Below are positions 1 to 11,747 of a stretch of DNA of 64,000 nucleotides, piece by piece. Source of the stretch: Nitrospirales bacterium (GTDB taxonomy: Bacteria; Nitrospirota; Nitrospiria; Nitrospirales; UBA8639). The stretch's first letter is position 1; each line of letters opens with the position of its first letter. Below the pieces are notes generated by a model. That model was given only the letters and a program-made list of their open reading frames with translations, was not told where the DNA came from and did not search any database. Position numbers and translations under genes: made by a program. Location: the NCBI GenBank assembly GCA_965203295.1, contig CBDBCZ010000014.1, positions 800,001-864,000 of the forward strand, given 5' to 3'.

Positions 1-364
1 TAGTTTATAGGTAGCTGTGTTAAACATTGATATGTCCTTAGTTTGTGTATGGTTTCAGGGATATTGGTGTGGTTTTGTTAGAGAGTTGAAATAAGATTTG
101 AAGAGATATAGCACGTTTTGAAGTAAGTTTTTGTTGAAGTCAAGTGAACGAACAAGCACTACCGTAGATCGGGAAATTTTCAGCGGTAGAAATTTTCATC
201 TGTTAAATTTTCGCGTAATTAATTTTCGTCGATCCAGTAACCGACGAAAATTAAACGCGACGAAATTTTAAACGGTACGAAATTTTTTTACGCGAGTTGC
301 GCGTAGCGTATACGGAACGGAATCCATATACGTACGTACACGGATCACACACGTGCGAAAAGAA

Positions 365-721
365 ATGGAGAGCTTTCAAAAGGAGTCGTGTGTCAGGGGG
401 TACCATATCTACCGAGAACTTTGGGAAGCGGCCATTGGAGAAGACCTAGCGTGTCAGCGGGAGCGTGGAAATGCAACCGACGCCTATGCTGTATCTGTAA
501 TAAAGGACGGCACCATTGTAGGGCACATACCTCGACGGATATCGTGTGCCTGTACGCGGTTCATGAGAAGAGGAGGCACGATTGGCTGTCAAGTAACTGG
601 TAGAAGAAAATACTCAACTGATTTGCCACAAGGAGGACTGGAGATCCCTTGCCTACTGACCTTTGAAGGAAAGGCTAAAGAGATTAAGAAACTCGTTAAA
701 TTATTATGTAATAAAAGTTAG
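365..721 (+). CDS. Stand-alone HIRAN-like domain protein (118 aa from first ATG)
   Basis: Intact intronless ORF with motifs ESCVRGYHIY, RERGNATDAYAVSV, VGHIPRRIS and GGLEIPC. These match the HIRAN pattern (REPxNxxDxxAV...VG[HY][IV]P). Confidence 0.75.
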   Translation: MESFQKESCVRGYHIYRELWEAAIGEDLACQRERGNATDAYAVSVIKDGTIVGHIPRRISCACTRFMRRGGTIGCQVTGRRKYSTDLPQGGLEIPCLLTFEGKAKEIKKLVKLLCNKS

Positions 722-842
722 CAATGTGGTATTTCTTGTGTAATACATAATTATATCTGCTGGTAAATGATATATGCACCTGTGAAAGTGTGATAATGAC
801 TGTATAATAAAAATGATTATAAACATGAGCATGTGTTTAAAG

Positions 843-2343
843 TCAGGAATCTTCATCAGAGGAGTCTCCGTCAGACACATCACTGAAGATCTCTTCACTG
901 TCGGGCGCGTCAACAGACTCGATCTCATCTCCGTCAATGGCTGCTGTGATGCCCGAATGTAGGAAACCGTTCACTATGAACTGAGGGTTGTTGCTTAGGT
1001 ACTCAGCCATTCCTACAAGCCACTTCGCTCCTATTTCCTTCATGATCGGCATTCCCATATTGATGGGCTGTAGCTCTGCATCTCCCAGGTCTTGAAGGTC
1101 CTTCCCCTCTAGCTGCTTCATCACCTCCTCTGAGTACCACGCCTCAAACTGCCTCCGCAGATACTCCTTTGCGGGCTTGTTGACAGAGATGTCCATTGGC
1201 TGAAGGAGGTCAGTGGTGTTCGGTGGGAGCAAGGCGACAAGGATGTTGTTTTCTTCAAGAAGGCTGGTGACGGAGGCAGTTATCTGTCCTTTGAAGTTGT
1301 CCATGACCACCAGAGCTGCTTTGTCATCGCCCATATCCTCTCTCACCTTCTCAACGTAGGGCACAATGATGTGCTCTATGTATTGCAGCATCGTTTCCTC
1401 TGTTGACCAATGATTTGGTGAATGGGTGATGTGCTAACCAGCCGGAAACGGAAAGCGAGGGTGGCAGCGAGCTGTTTTACCCTTGTAAATCAGCTGTATG
1501 GGCAAAAAATCACCTAGTGCACTGCCACAGAAGATGGCAGTTATCATCAACGCCAACCATCTCAACCCGCTTTTCTCCCCGCTTCTCCATCGTTCAAGAC
1601 GAGCATGGGACAAGCCTGATACCCGTCTGGTCCCAGTTCAGTACGAGCTCGGGAGGAATCTCTTCCATCGTGACAGCCGTAGTCACATCGGCAAGGAATG
1701 CTTTCTTCACCTCCCTGAAATTTTCCACCGTGTACTTGCTCTTTGCGGTTGTGGCTTTTCGTTGCACGAAGTTCATGCGCTTCAGCAGAGAATGTGCCCA
1801 GTATCTATTCAATTGTACGGGGCCCCCAAACTCCACCAGCATGGACCGATTGCACTTCAGTAGGATGCCCCTAGCTGCCGCCATTACGATCCTCGCCGAA
1901 ACAGCTCCCCCTCCCTCTCTGACTTTCTTCAGGTACACCTGAACCTTGTGGTCCAGATCGTCGCCTAGCAAAAGCTTCCTGCCACGTTTCTTGGCTGGAA
2001 AAGCTGTTACCTCTTCTCCATCGTCCGTTCGTGGTCTCTTCCGTAATTCTTCGATGTACCCCTTTTTAATCGATTTTACGGTACTCTCCCTCACCGGCTT
2101 CTTCAGCTTCCTCGTAAAATGTCGGGCTGCTGCAGCTGCTCCATGTTGGCAGGCATACTTGCCAATTTCGGCACGAACGGCGGCGCTGTATTTCATGTAA
2201 GGACCACGCTTAGAGCCTTCAGCCAATACTCGCTCCACTTGTTTGTTCGCTTCCGCGATCGCTTGAGAAGGTATGGAGCGAGACAGCGACCCTCTAGGAT
2301 CAGGAACACAACCGATTGGCTTCAAATACCGCAGCAAAGCCAT
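843..2343 (-). pseudogene. pogo-like DDE_1 transposase (Brinker/CENP-B-type DNA-binding region plus DD35D), disrupted
   Basis: Motifs LNWDQTG, VMDNF and LLQPMD with 35 residues between D2 and D3. The two ORFs join through TGA (1594-1596), a frameshift near 1540 and TAG (1434-1436). The gap still reads TMEKRGEKRVEMVGVDD / TAIFCGSALGDFLPIQLIYKGKTARCHP...HSPNHWS. Confidence 0.9.
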
Positions 2344-2703
2344 GCTTTCACCACCTGTGGCTACTTTCTCTTCGCGTGAAAGTGTGAAAATTATTCGACG
2401 ATCTTATTATTCGACCGCCAGAAACCACAAGTAAGTCTCTTAATAGCCATACACAACCTTATTCAAATGTAGCCTTGTTCCCAGGCCCCTGCTTTAATTG
2501 GTTGCACGATATTGTAAAGCAAATAAAGTGAGGGCCTGTGAACGAAGATAATTCCGCTACTAGTATAAATATAAGGTGGGGTTAACGTTTACATGTCAGA
2601 AAGCTTATCTTCTCACAGAAGTTTGCAATGCAAACACACACACTCAGTGTACATTCAACCTAACATCCAAACACTTAGCTTACTTCTCTATCCACAGTTC
2701 CAG

Positions 2704-2795
2704 GTCAGTCTGAAGGAGAGGACCATGGTACTGGGAGTGACAGCGAGCTCCAGTTGCTGGACTACACAGACACTGAAACAGAAAGTGAAGATTAA
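2704..2795 (+). pseudogene. Orphan terminal exon encoding an acidic tail
   Basis: ttccag acceptor, then (G)QSEGEDHGTGSDSELQLLDYTDTETESED-stop. A gtaagt donor lies at 2431. Confidence 0.3.
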
Positions 2796-2997
2796 ATATA
2801 TTCTGTAAGTTGCATAGTGTACAGTAGGAGGTGAGATAAATAATCTAGCCTTGAAGCTTTGTTACAGGTACCCCTCCCTCATCTTTACACAGGTACAACA
2901 TTCTCCAGTTCAAGCAACTATGCACAAAGCCAGAACGTAGCTTTTTATATACAAGTTATTCTGCTGTAAAAAAAATCTTAATTAATTCAGGGTTACC

Positions 2998-3245
2998 TGT
3001 GCTGGAAACAGGCCGGTCACATTTCATTCCGCCTACTCCAACAGAAACTTCTCTTCCACAGTTGCATGCAGTAAGGACTGACAACACTCCAGAGCATCGG
3101 ATTCAAACTGGCGCGACTGAACTGTACGCTGTATAAACGGCAACTCTCCAACCTCTCGAAAATGGTGTACTTGTGCTACGCTAAAAACGGCGAGCGCTCT
3201 TGAGCTGTCTCGTCGCGATTTTTTCTCCGATCGCCGAAATTTCAT
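2998..3245 (-). pseudogene. Degenerate exon, possibly the N-terminal/Q-motif region of a DEAD-box helicase
   Basis: The 70-aa ORF continues through two stops to NVTGLFPAQ and a cag|gtaacc donor. LFPxQ resembles a DEAD-box Q motif. Weak. Confidence 0.2.
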
Positions 3246-3636
3246 TCTTTGCTCCTACTATAACGGTCACTGATACTTTCCCCAACTAAATAGCTACCCG
3301 ATTCACTGAAAATCCTGTCAAACAGACTACAGAGACAGCTGCTTTGGCAACCGCGTGGGCGCTAAGTACATCCGGTGGGCGTGGCCGTTGCAAAAGGATT
3401 ACGTAATTTGGTACGCTGGCGTGACGACTGTTTAGTGAGCGTTTTTTTTTTAAAAAACGAAACTTTTTTTAAAAAAAAGAGAAAACGTTTCACCCAAAGG
3501 GCCAGGGTGTGGAAGCTCAAGCGGCTAACGAACAAGAACTGACCCCGATGGATCCACTCCGCAGCGTGTACAGGTTTATACTGGAATTAAGGGAGGTAGG
3601 GGGCGGTCCCTAAGCCATAATGCCCCAAACCTTCAG

Positions 3637-3866
3637 TGCGCGAGCCGAGATTCGAACTCGCGATCACTGTCTCCAGATACTGCGCCACTGCTCCCAGCAC
3701 CACGGGGGGTGTTGGTGACAGTAGATGAACATTTCTCTCTTTTATATCAGTACTATTCCTATAGACATTCGGAAGAGAAAAAAAGAAAAATTAAAGTTCC
3801 CGGGCGGATTCGAACCCGCGACCTTTTCATTGAAAGGCGAAACGATTGCCGCTAAGCCACGCCTGC
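3637..3866 (-). mobile_element. Two tandem tRNA-derived (pseudo-tRNA / SINE-head) modules, 3637-3710 and 3797-3866
   Basis: Minus strand has B-boxes GAGTTCGAATCT and GGGTTCGAATCC and A-box TGGCTTAGCGG. The second module resembles tRNA-Val. Acceptor and anticodon stems do not pair well. Confidence 0.7.
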
Positions 3867-4261
3867 TTCTGGAAATTTGATTGAAAATTTTCCCGTTAAA
3901 TAAGGGGTATGGCAATAGACGCAAACAGGTCGAAGTTTCATATCATTGCTAGGTCTTTAAGTATTAGTTAGACCAAGCAACAAGGTTACTACAATGTTTT
4001 GAGCACCCGAGGGACTAATTGGCTGAAGCACAACCTACTTATTGACCGAGGCGGAGCTGTCGCTGACGCGAATGTTGAGAAATTGCTAGCTGACGCTGAA
4101 AGCTCGTTTTGCACTACTGCTGTAAGCCAAGTTGGCATAGTAACATACTAACATCCACATCTGCTAGTACCTATGGTTCGCCAAAGTCTGAGAAAGCTGT
4201 GAATTAGGGTGCCGTTTGTGTCAAAATCAATTTTTTGAGATACTTTGACTAGAGAATATAT

Positions 4262-4412
4262 GGCATTTACTAAATACCCATGGTTACTTAGTAAATACCC
4301 ACAGTTACTTAGTAAATACCCAGGGTTATTACCTGGCATTTGCTAAATACCCATGGTCATTTACTAAATACGTAATTGCTAAATACCATGATCATTTACC
4401 ATGATCATTTAC
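4262..4412. repeat. Degenerate ~21-bp minisatellite (TAAATACCCATGGTTACTTAG-like); also near 32992 and 61776
   Basis: Repeated TAAATACCCA...GTTA units are directly visible. Confidence 0.7.
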
Positions 4413-5031
4413 CCTGTAGGGCTGGGAACGAGACTAATCAGATGAGCAACACTGGAAATGCTCTCCCGAGATCGACTGTGTGACGGATTCTGACGGGTAC
4501 ATGTACTCATCATAGCGATGGCCTTGTGGACAACTAATTCGCTGCCTATAGCCTATACCCATACCCCAGACGTAAAAGTCGTGGAACGAGAGCACGATGA
4601 TCTGGAATCAGGATTCAGATTCAGAATAGACTATTATCTATGCTCTGAGTTTCTAAAACCTTGTAGTGACAAGCTCGCATCCGGTCTCTAACCTATACTT
4701 AATTGTGAAACAGGTTTGCATGTAGTGTGTTGTGCCAAAGTTGCACTACAGTACAGCTTTGTCTCGAAGGTCATTTACTGACTGTCAGTGCTCACATTGT
4801 GGTATTTTAGTCAAACTATCTACATATGTGTATTACAATAAGTAACATATTTGCCTGGACTGTGCACTTACATATATTAGCAACGTATGTAGAGCGCTTT
4901 TATGCAGTGGATCCCTTTTTATTGGTATTGCCACAAATCATATACAAGTGAACCTACCAGTCTCTACTCCCCACCTAGCTTTTTTGCACAGAAACAGCTG
5001 AGTGGGGAGTAGAGACTGGGTACAAAGTTAA

Positions 5032-5391
5032 AGTGGTGTCCCACCCAATTGGACGTTTAATCTCAAAAAATGGTAGGGACTATGAAGGTAAAAATGCAAC
5101 CCAGTAATTTTCTCAATGAGTTCTCTTCAATGAACACCTTTTTGAAACATACAGGGTAAATTTAACTTTCCAACTTTTTTCCTTGACCCCCCTCAGGAAG
5201 TACTAAATGTCATTGCATAGCACTCGTGGTTTTAGAGACTTTGGTGAAACTTTAAGGTGCATAGGGGGTAGACAAGCCGAGATATTGATGTCCCAAATTC
5301 ATAAACAATAATGAAAAATTGACATTGATATCTTGGCTTGTGTACAGAAATAAATGTTCAAAATAATATTATCTTTGGGTGGAACATCACC
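5032..5391. mobile_element. Non-autonomous TTAA-flanked TIR element (Kolobok-like MITE)
   Basis: TTAA|AGTGGTGTCCCACCCAA ... TTGGGTGGAACATCACC|TTAA: imperfect TIR with purine-purine termini. Confidence 0.7.
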
Positions 5392-5506
5392 TTAAGTGAA
5401 CCCCACACCAGTCTTATTTATTAATGTGGCAGCTAGTGGCAGTGTGTCCAACTGTGTGCATTTTGTGGTGTAAAGGGTGACTACATACAGTGTGTGTGTG
5501 TGTGTT

Positions 5507-5976
<470 letters not shown>

Positions 5977-6767
5977 GTGTGTGTGCTTGTGTGTGTGTGT
6001 GTGTGACATGCATGGAAGGAACAGCATTAAGTTGTATCCAAATACAAACAGGATAAGTGAAAACTGGATGAGTGACTAGTAACCATGAAATACTGGATAC
6101 GGCAAAATAGTATTAGTTATATGTATACATGTCAGTTGTATGGGTTAGCCAAGACCTACGGATAATATTGCCATTATACGTATTGTTCAAGACTTTCCCA
6201 GTGTCTTGGATTAGTAAACATAAGTGCCTATATACGTAAGTACTGCATAATTATGGAAATGGATGACATTGCCTGTGGAGGCGCTCACTTTTTTGGCAGT
6301 TAATTCATTATTAGTCCAAGACATGAGCTTGTGAAGCTTGAAAGTGGAAATCATGTGGATTCATTGGAAACAATTTGGTAATCACCAGTAGAATCCCAGA
6401 AGAATTACTGGTCATTCTACATGTACTTGTCATTTATCCACAGACATATAAGTGAGATACAAGGAACACTGAATTAGCTGCACAAAATATCACTCAACTG
6501 TGTACATAGAAATCAAGGCCCAAACTCATAAAGTATGCATGGCACCTGAAGTACTGTACGTAAGGGTAGGCGTATATCATAGTCAGGGTGAACACACGGC
6601 AAATTGGCTGGCCCATACAAGTATGAGTTTCCATGATATAGATTCATTTCAGAATGATTCTTATATACAAAAATTGAAAGTAATACACAAAGTGGAAACA
6701 ACATCAAAGTAGTTAAGCAATGCATATAAAATATTGTGTAAATGACAAAGTGGCCGACTAAGGTAAT

Positions 6768-8639
6768 TTAGTCAAGTTTCATGACTACATGAGCCATTTG
6801 TGACATTGTGCTGCCACCATCATTGGACACTTTGCATGTGTATAGACCTTCGTCCTCATCGGTGAAGCAGTGGATAGTGTAGGTTGACTGGACCTCTTTG
6901 TTTAGAGAGAGTCCATTGAAGTACCACAGGTAACTGAGTTCTCCAGACCCAGTGGCTACACAGCTCAGAGTTAGGGGGTCCCCGAGTTCAATCTCTTGTG
7001 GCTGGGGGTGCACTGAGATCACTGGTTTATCTGTCACTACTGGTGCTGTGAGTGGGAGGGAGAGAAAATCAATAAGTTGGATGATAGTTTAATTCTGGTA
7101 ACATGTACACCGTAATGACTTATTTACATCTGCAGCACAATAATTACCAAGCGAGATAACTCGTACCCAGGCCTCCCGGCGGGAGGCCTGGGTACGAGAG
7201 GAGAGAAGCAAAGCAACCAATCGTGTTGTATAGACTCCATGTGTGCAGTTTGATGTGTAGTAACACTACAGGAATGTAATTACAGCCTGCCAGTGGACAA
7301 AGAGACTATTTAAGAGAGCATACTGTAGACTCGGGTTATTAAGCGCATGCGCTTATGAGTCTGAGCAGCAAGGAAATATGCGCTTAACAAAAAGTGTGCG
7401 CTTATAAATAGCGATTTCTAGCACCGCCCATTAGTCCCACCCACCTTTCGCAACTCGTTCTATGGCTAGCTAGCTATCATGGCAAGGGGGGAAGATGCGA
7501 TGCTGATTCACGAAAGCATCATTCAAGGGCACCACGTGTACAAAATCGTCTTGGTGTTCAACGATTGGACGTCTGGTACAAATTATTGTCATGATAGTGG
7601 TTGACAACAGTCAGCTTGAACTCTCTTGCATAGCTTTTCCTCTTAGCCTTTCCCGATCTGTTCGAGAGAAGGATAGAAGCACCAGCAGCCGTAGCCATCA
7701 TGAGAATCTCCAGTGAAACACTCGGTAATACTTAGCACGTTGCAATCTCGATCTCGTGCTGAGAGAGCCCAAAGTTTAAAGTTTAATCGGGCGCATGCAT
7801 GCGCTTAGTAGCGAGTAGCAAAAATCAGGAAGGAAGTATGCGCTTATAAAAAGTTGTGCGCTTATAAAAAAAGGTGCGCTAACCCGAGTCTACGGTACAG
7901 TAGAGTTGAGAGCATGTACTGCAGTGGAGTTGCCTGCAGAGAGGCAACAGTGATTTACGGAGGCAACATGTGTAGCAACCTAGAAGTAGTGGTAGCGATC
8001 TATGGGGGTTCACCGGCAGTGAGGAAGGCTGATTCGGCAGCATCAGACACTGATGGCCGCCATTCTCAAATAACTACATGCACTCCCCCATTTTAATTGG
8101 AAAGGAAGTGTGTGTGTATGCAAGTGTTGACTCTTCTAGATCTACATGTATAGGTATTGCTTCCCATGAGGCTTCCACATGGAATACCATAATAGTTTAC
8201 ATGATGCTGACGCCTGAGTGGTAGAAGCATTTGCTGACGTAGGTGGAGCAGATGATGGCACCGGCTGTCCACAAGGCTCATCCTCGTGCTCTGGTTCTCC
8301 TCGACCCCGGTAGCCCATTCTTCCATACTGACCCCAGCGGTCTGGAGCACGTAACAGGGGACCCTGGCCATTGCGAATGGAGACTCTAGCAACTTGGGAA
8401 TCCGTTGAGCCAGCACAATTAGTGACCCTACAGTAGTAGTCACCTCCATCGCTGTCAATGACTGAGTGGATAAGCAGCTCACGACTCTCACGGCCATTAA
8501 TCAGCTCATTGCTTCGGTACCATTGGAATTTTGTTGAAGAGTCAGGGTTCTCGACATCAACGAAGAGGCGAAGTGGGTTGTCCATACACTACTGTAGAGC
8601 TGTAAGGCTGGACTGATATTCTGGGCTTGGAAATATGCT
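6768..8639 (-). pseudogene. 3' fragment of an Ig-superfamily gene: two I-set Ig exons (8201-8639, 6768-7045)
   Basis: Phase-1 compatible splice sites (ccatag|, |gtaaac, tcacag|). Motifs FQWYR..DGGDYYCRVTN and LSCVATG..YLWYFNG..DEGLYTCKVSN, ending in a stop. There is a 1-nt frameshift near 8575. Confidence 0.8.
7323..7895. mobile_element. pogo-type MITE / internal-deletion derivative with HIRAN-like and transposase 5' remnants, in the Ig-gene intron
   Basis: TA|CTGTAGACTCGGGTTA ... TAACCCGAGTCTACGG|TA (15/16 TIR, TA duplication) with repeated TGCGCTTA subterminal motifs. Confidence 0.88.
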
Positions 8640-9840
8640 CTATGGATAGAGAAAAAAGGACACTTTATGGGTGGGATGTGTGGTACAATTTCAAAGTATG
8701 TGAATAATTCTAACAGAAGCTACCTTTCGTGGTTTTGTGAAGATGAAGCAACAAGATTGCTAGCCTCATTCCCAGGCTACAAAAGGAGTGGCCTGGTAGA
8801 CACTGTTTACATGTAACATAATGTACATGTAAAATTGCACACAAATGACAAGCACAGATGCATAGGCGAACCAACCAGGTAACCTTGCTCAACTTTCAGC
8901 CAAACAGAAACAGCAAGACTTCATCGATTTAACAAATTCACTTGGTAGCTTAGCATGAGTGTATTCTTCCATGCATGCGAACTGGTAAGTATACGGTAAC
9001 AAATGAAATAACGAGCATATAGGGTACATGTAGCTGTGTTACGCTCGAATCACTGCACTTCAGGGAGGTTGGAACTCTTAACTCTCAAGTTCAGAGAAGC
9101 ACACACATAGCTACAGTACCATAAAGCTAAATTTCAAGTAATTGTTCATCAGAAAAGAATGCAGGACATTCTTATCAGTACTTTTAGCATAGATAAATAA
9201 TTGGCTGTAGATAAACACAAAATTGTCAGACTTTAGTACACTGTACCTACGTACAGAGCTGCTAGTTTCTCCAAATGTGGGCTTGAAGGGGAGGGTGCCT
9301 TTCCTGGCATAGAAATTAATTTTGTCAGAAGATGCAGCAGCAATTTAATATTAAACTCATGCAGAATGTGAAATACGTACCAATAGCTGTAGTCCAAATG
9401 CTAAATGCTCAGACATTTGCCTCATCTGTACATGCACTGTGTTTCCTGGAACAATGCATGTAGAAGGAGTGTTGGAGCCTACATGATTACCAAATTCCTC
9501 CAAATTAGTTTGTTTCTGTTACTTACACATTTTATGTCACCCAGGCAGCATGAAACAGGATTAGTTCTCTGTAGGTATAGTGCATGAAGGTTTACAACCA
9601 TTCAGTCATGACATGTAGTCTGCTTTCACTTACGTAATTGTTTTTAGACCACTCCTGGGCCGTACTTACTACACTTCTCTAAGGTGTCCACTAGTAGGAC
9701 ACAACTGTGGCTCTGACACAATCTGTTGTGATGTAACAGTACAACTTCAGCTGTGTATTTTCAGACTCGGCATAATGCAGTAGCACTATTCTTCAAGATA
9801 CATGGCTGGTTTCTATATACATGAACTTTACTCCATGCAG

Positions 9841-10343
9841 ACATTGATGAATGCGAAAGAGACACAGATAACTGCAGCGTAAATGTAAACTGCTCAGCCA
9901 CTGAAAGAAGCTTCAACTGTACATGTGTCACTGGATATGAAGGGGATAGAGTGAATTGCACAAGTAAACCCAATTTCAGTTAGAGCTTTTACTAAATATC
10001 AACAATTTATCCCACAATTCCAGTGTATATTGCCTGAAACCATTGTCACATTTGCACTTACTGAGTTCAGCATGAAATTACTGTAGTCGTTTCTTTTCTA
10101 TGCAGATATCAATGAATGTGATAGGGGCTCTCATGACTGATGCTAAAGCAGACTGCACTGACACCAATGGGAGCTACTTATGCACCTGCAGAGTAGGATT
10201 CAGTGGCAACGGCAACACATGCAGTAAGAAGTTCTAGTGTATTCATTGATCAAGTGCATCCATTGCATTTTCTCCCTCATGATCAATAGGTTGTACTGAT
10301 GGTCAGCTGATGTTAGCAAATGGCTCCAGCTCCACAGAAGGCC
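9841..10343 (+). pseudogene. Fragment of an EGF_CA-EGF_CA-SRCR gene (exons 9841-9963, 10106-10223, 10290-~10343)
   Basis: Exon 1 is an intact phase 1-1 exon, DIDECERDTDNCSVNVNCSATERSFNCTCVTGYEGDRVNCT. Exon 2 reads DINECDRGSHD / ADCTDTNGSYLCTCRVGFSGNGNTC with a frameshift. Exon 3, CTDGQLMLANGSSSTEG, is an SRCR start that is then truncated. None of this is in the ORF track. Confidence 0.85.
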
Positions 10344-11747
10344 ACCGCCGCTCACGCTCACTCTAAATTCGTATGGGCAGAGAACGCAAGCACTATATAG
10401 GCTTAATTTTTTTCAACTGCCTGAAATACATTAATGTCTTGCAAGGCATTGGACCAGCAGAGATCTAGCTTCTCCTGCATGGACTCTCTTTCTCTCCTCT
10501 CTCCACTGTTAACAAATTTACATATACCCTTTGTGCTAATAGTCATAGTAATTTAATTGGTAAACATTTATACAAATCTAGATTGCAACTTTAACTCTAT
10601 CATCATTGTAGCTACTTTCACTCTTCCAGTTTTCTATGTTATTTTATTTATTGATTTGTGACTCCTAGTTTTAGGCCGGGCATTCTTGTGTATGCGTGTC
10701 ACGAAAATAAAATATTCTATTCTATAGTCATCAAACAGTACCTCAATAGGCTCAAGCAGATTGCAGTTTTATTAAACTATATTATGCTATAGTCTTACAG
10801 TGCGTACTTCTAATTGTGCTCAACAAACTGTCGAACCAGCATTAAGTATATACAAGCGCGCGACAGCATACGGCATGCGCAGTTGCGCACATACAATAGT
10901 GTCTGCATCAAGGGTAGAATGCACAGCTGGGGATTGAACCCATGAACCTTTTCAAAAACACAATGAGCTACTAGAACCCATGAGTAGTACCCAGCTTTAC
11001 ACTAGCCTTGTGCCCAGGCTCTTGCGGTGCCTGGGTGCTAGGCTATATCTAAACCTGCTTGTATCACACATACAAACGGGACTGCCAGTAAAGTGTACAG
11101 CTTACCCATAGTATACATTGGCAGACAGAGTACACATTTTCCATCCGCCTAGTTATTCTGCATTAGCGCTTCAACAGATTGGCCATGGTTATAACACTCA
11201 GTGAAATTAGTTTTATTGGCTTTGGCTTCACCTGAGCAGCCAATAAATCGCTTATCATTAATCGCTTTCACCTTGTGCTTAAACACACCTGCCAGTAGGA
11301 ACTAGCCAACTTTCTTGCTATTATGCTCATAATCATGCTCATAATCGCCTTTCTTGCTATTATGCTCATCAAGTATCAGCAAAGACACATCAAGTTGGAG
11401 CATAGTTGCAGGGAAGTTAGAATATCAGAGCATAGCATATCAATGATTTTGAGCATAATCTCCACAAGCCTTAGCTGTATACAGCACTACATGTAGCAGT
11501 CCCTCTGACATGTATGTATGGCTGCCACAGTACAATACAGGCCTGCTAGAATAGCAAACCCTCCAAAATTTTGTGAAAACAGGAAGGGTGGCAAGGTAGA
11601 GCGCAGCTAGATAGGGCTCTGGCTCTTATATACTGAGAGGTTGCTTAAAGCACTTGTGGGTTTACAAGGCTACAATAATTGTTCATGAATATAATCATGC
11701 AAGTATAATCGCTTTTAGCTCTCTGCTCTAATGTTTTGTCTGTCCAG

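Larger units (their letters stand above)
162..2415. mobile_element. pogo-superfamily (DD35D, Passer-like) DNA transposon, right end truncated, with transposase and HIRAN-like ORF
   Basis: Begins TA|CCGTAGATCGGG (TA at 160-161), followed by repeated AAATTTTC / CGAAAATT subterminal motifs. Contains DDE transposase remnants. No matching right TIR was seen, so the right boundary is approximate. Confidence 0.8.

Noticed and set aside
1434..1596. Alternative genetic code or readthrough explaining the transposase stops
   Set aside because: Both TGA and TAG occur along with a frameshift, and TGG is used for Trp elsewhere. Pseudogenisation is simpler.
1498..2379. Plus-strand ORFs overlapping the transposase
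   Set aside because: Antisense shadows with no recognisable motifs.
3637..3866. Functional tRNA genes
   Set aside because: Acceptor and anticodon stems do not pair, and the anticodon region differs between copies.
6768..8639. MALT1/paracaspase assignment for the Ig exons
   Set aside because: The frame stops after the second Ig domain, and no caspase-like or death-domain exon was seen.
9650..9780. Additional degenerate EGF exon (CPLVGHNCGSDTIC)
   Set aside because: Cysteine spacing and frame break down, so it is too weak to call.
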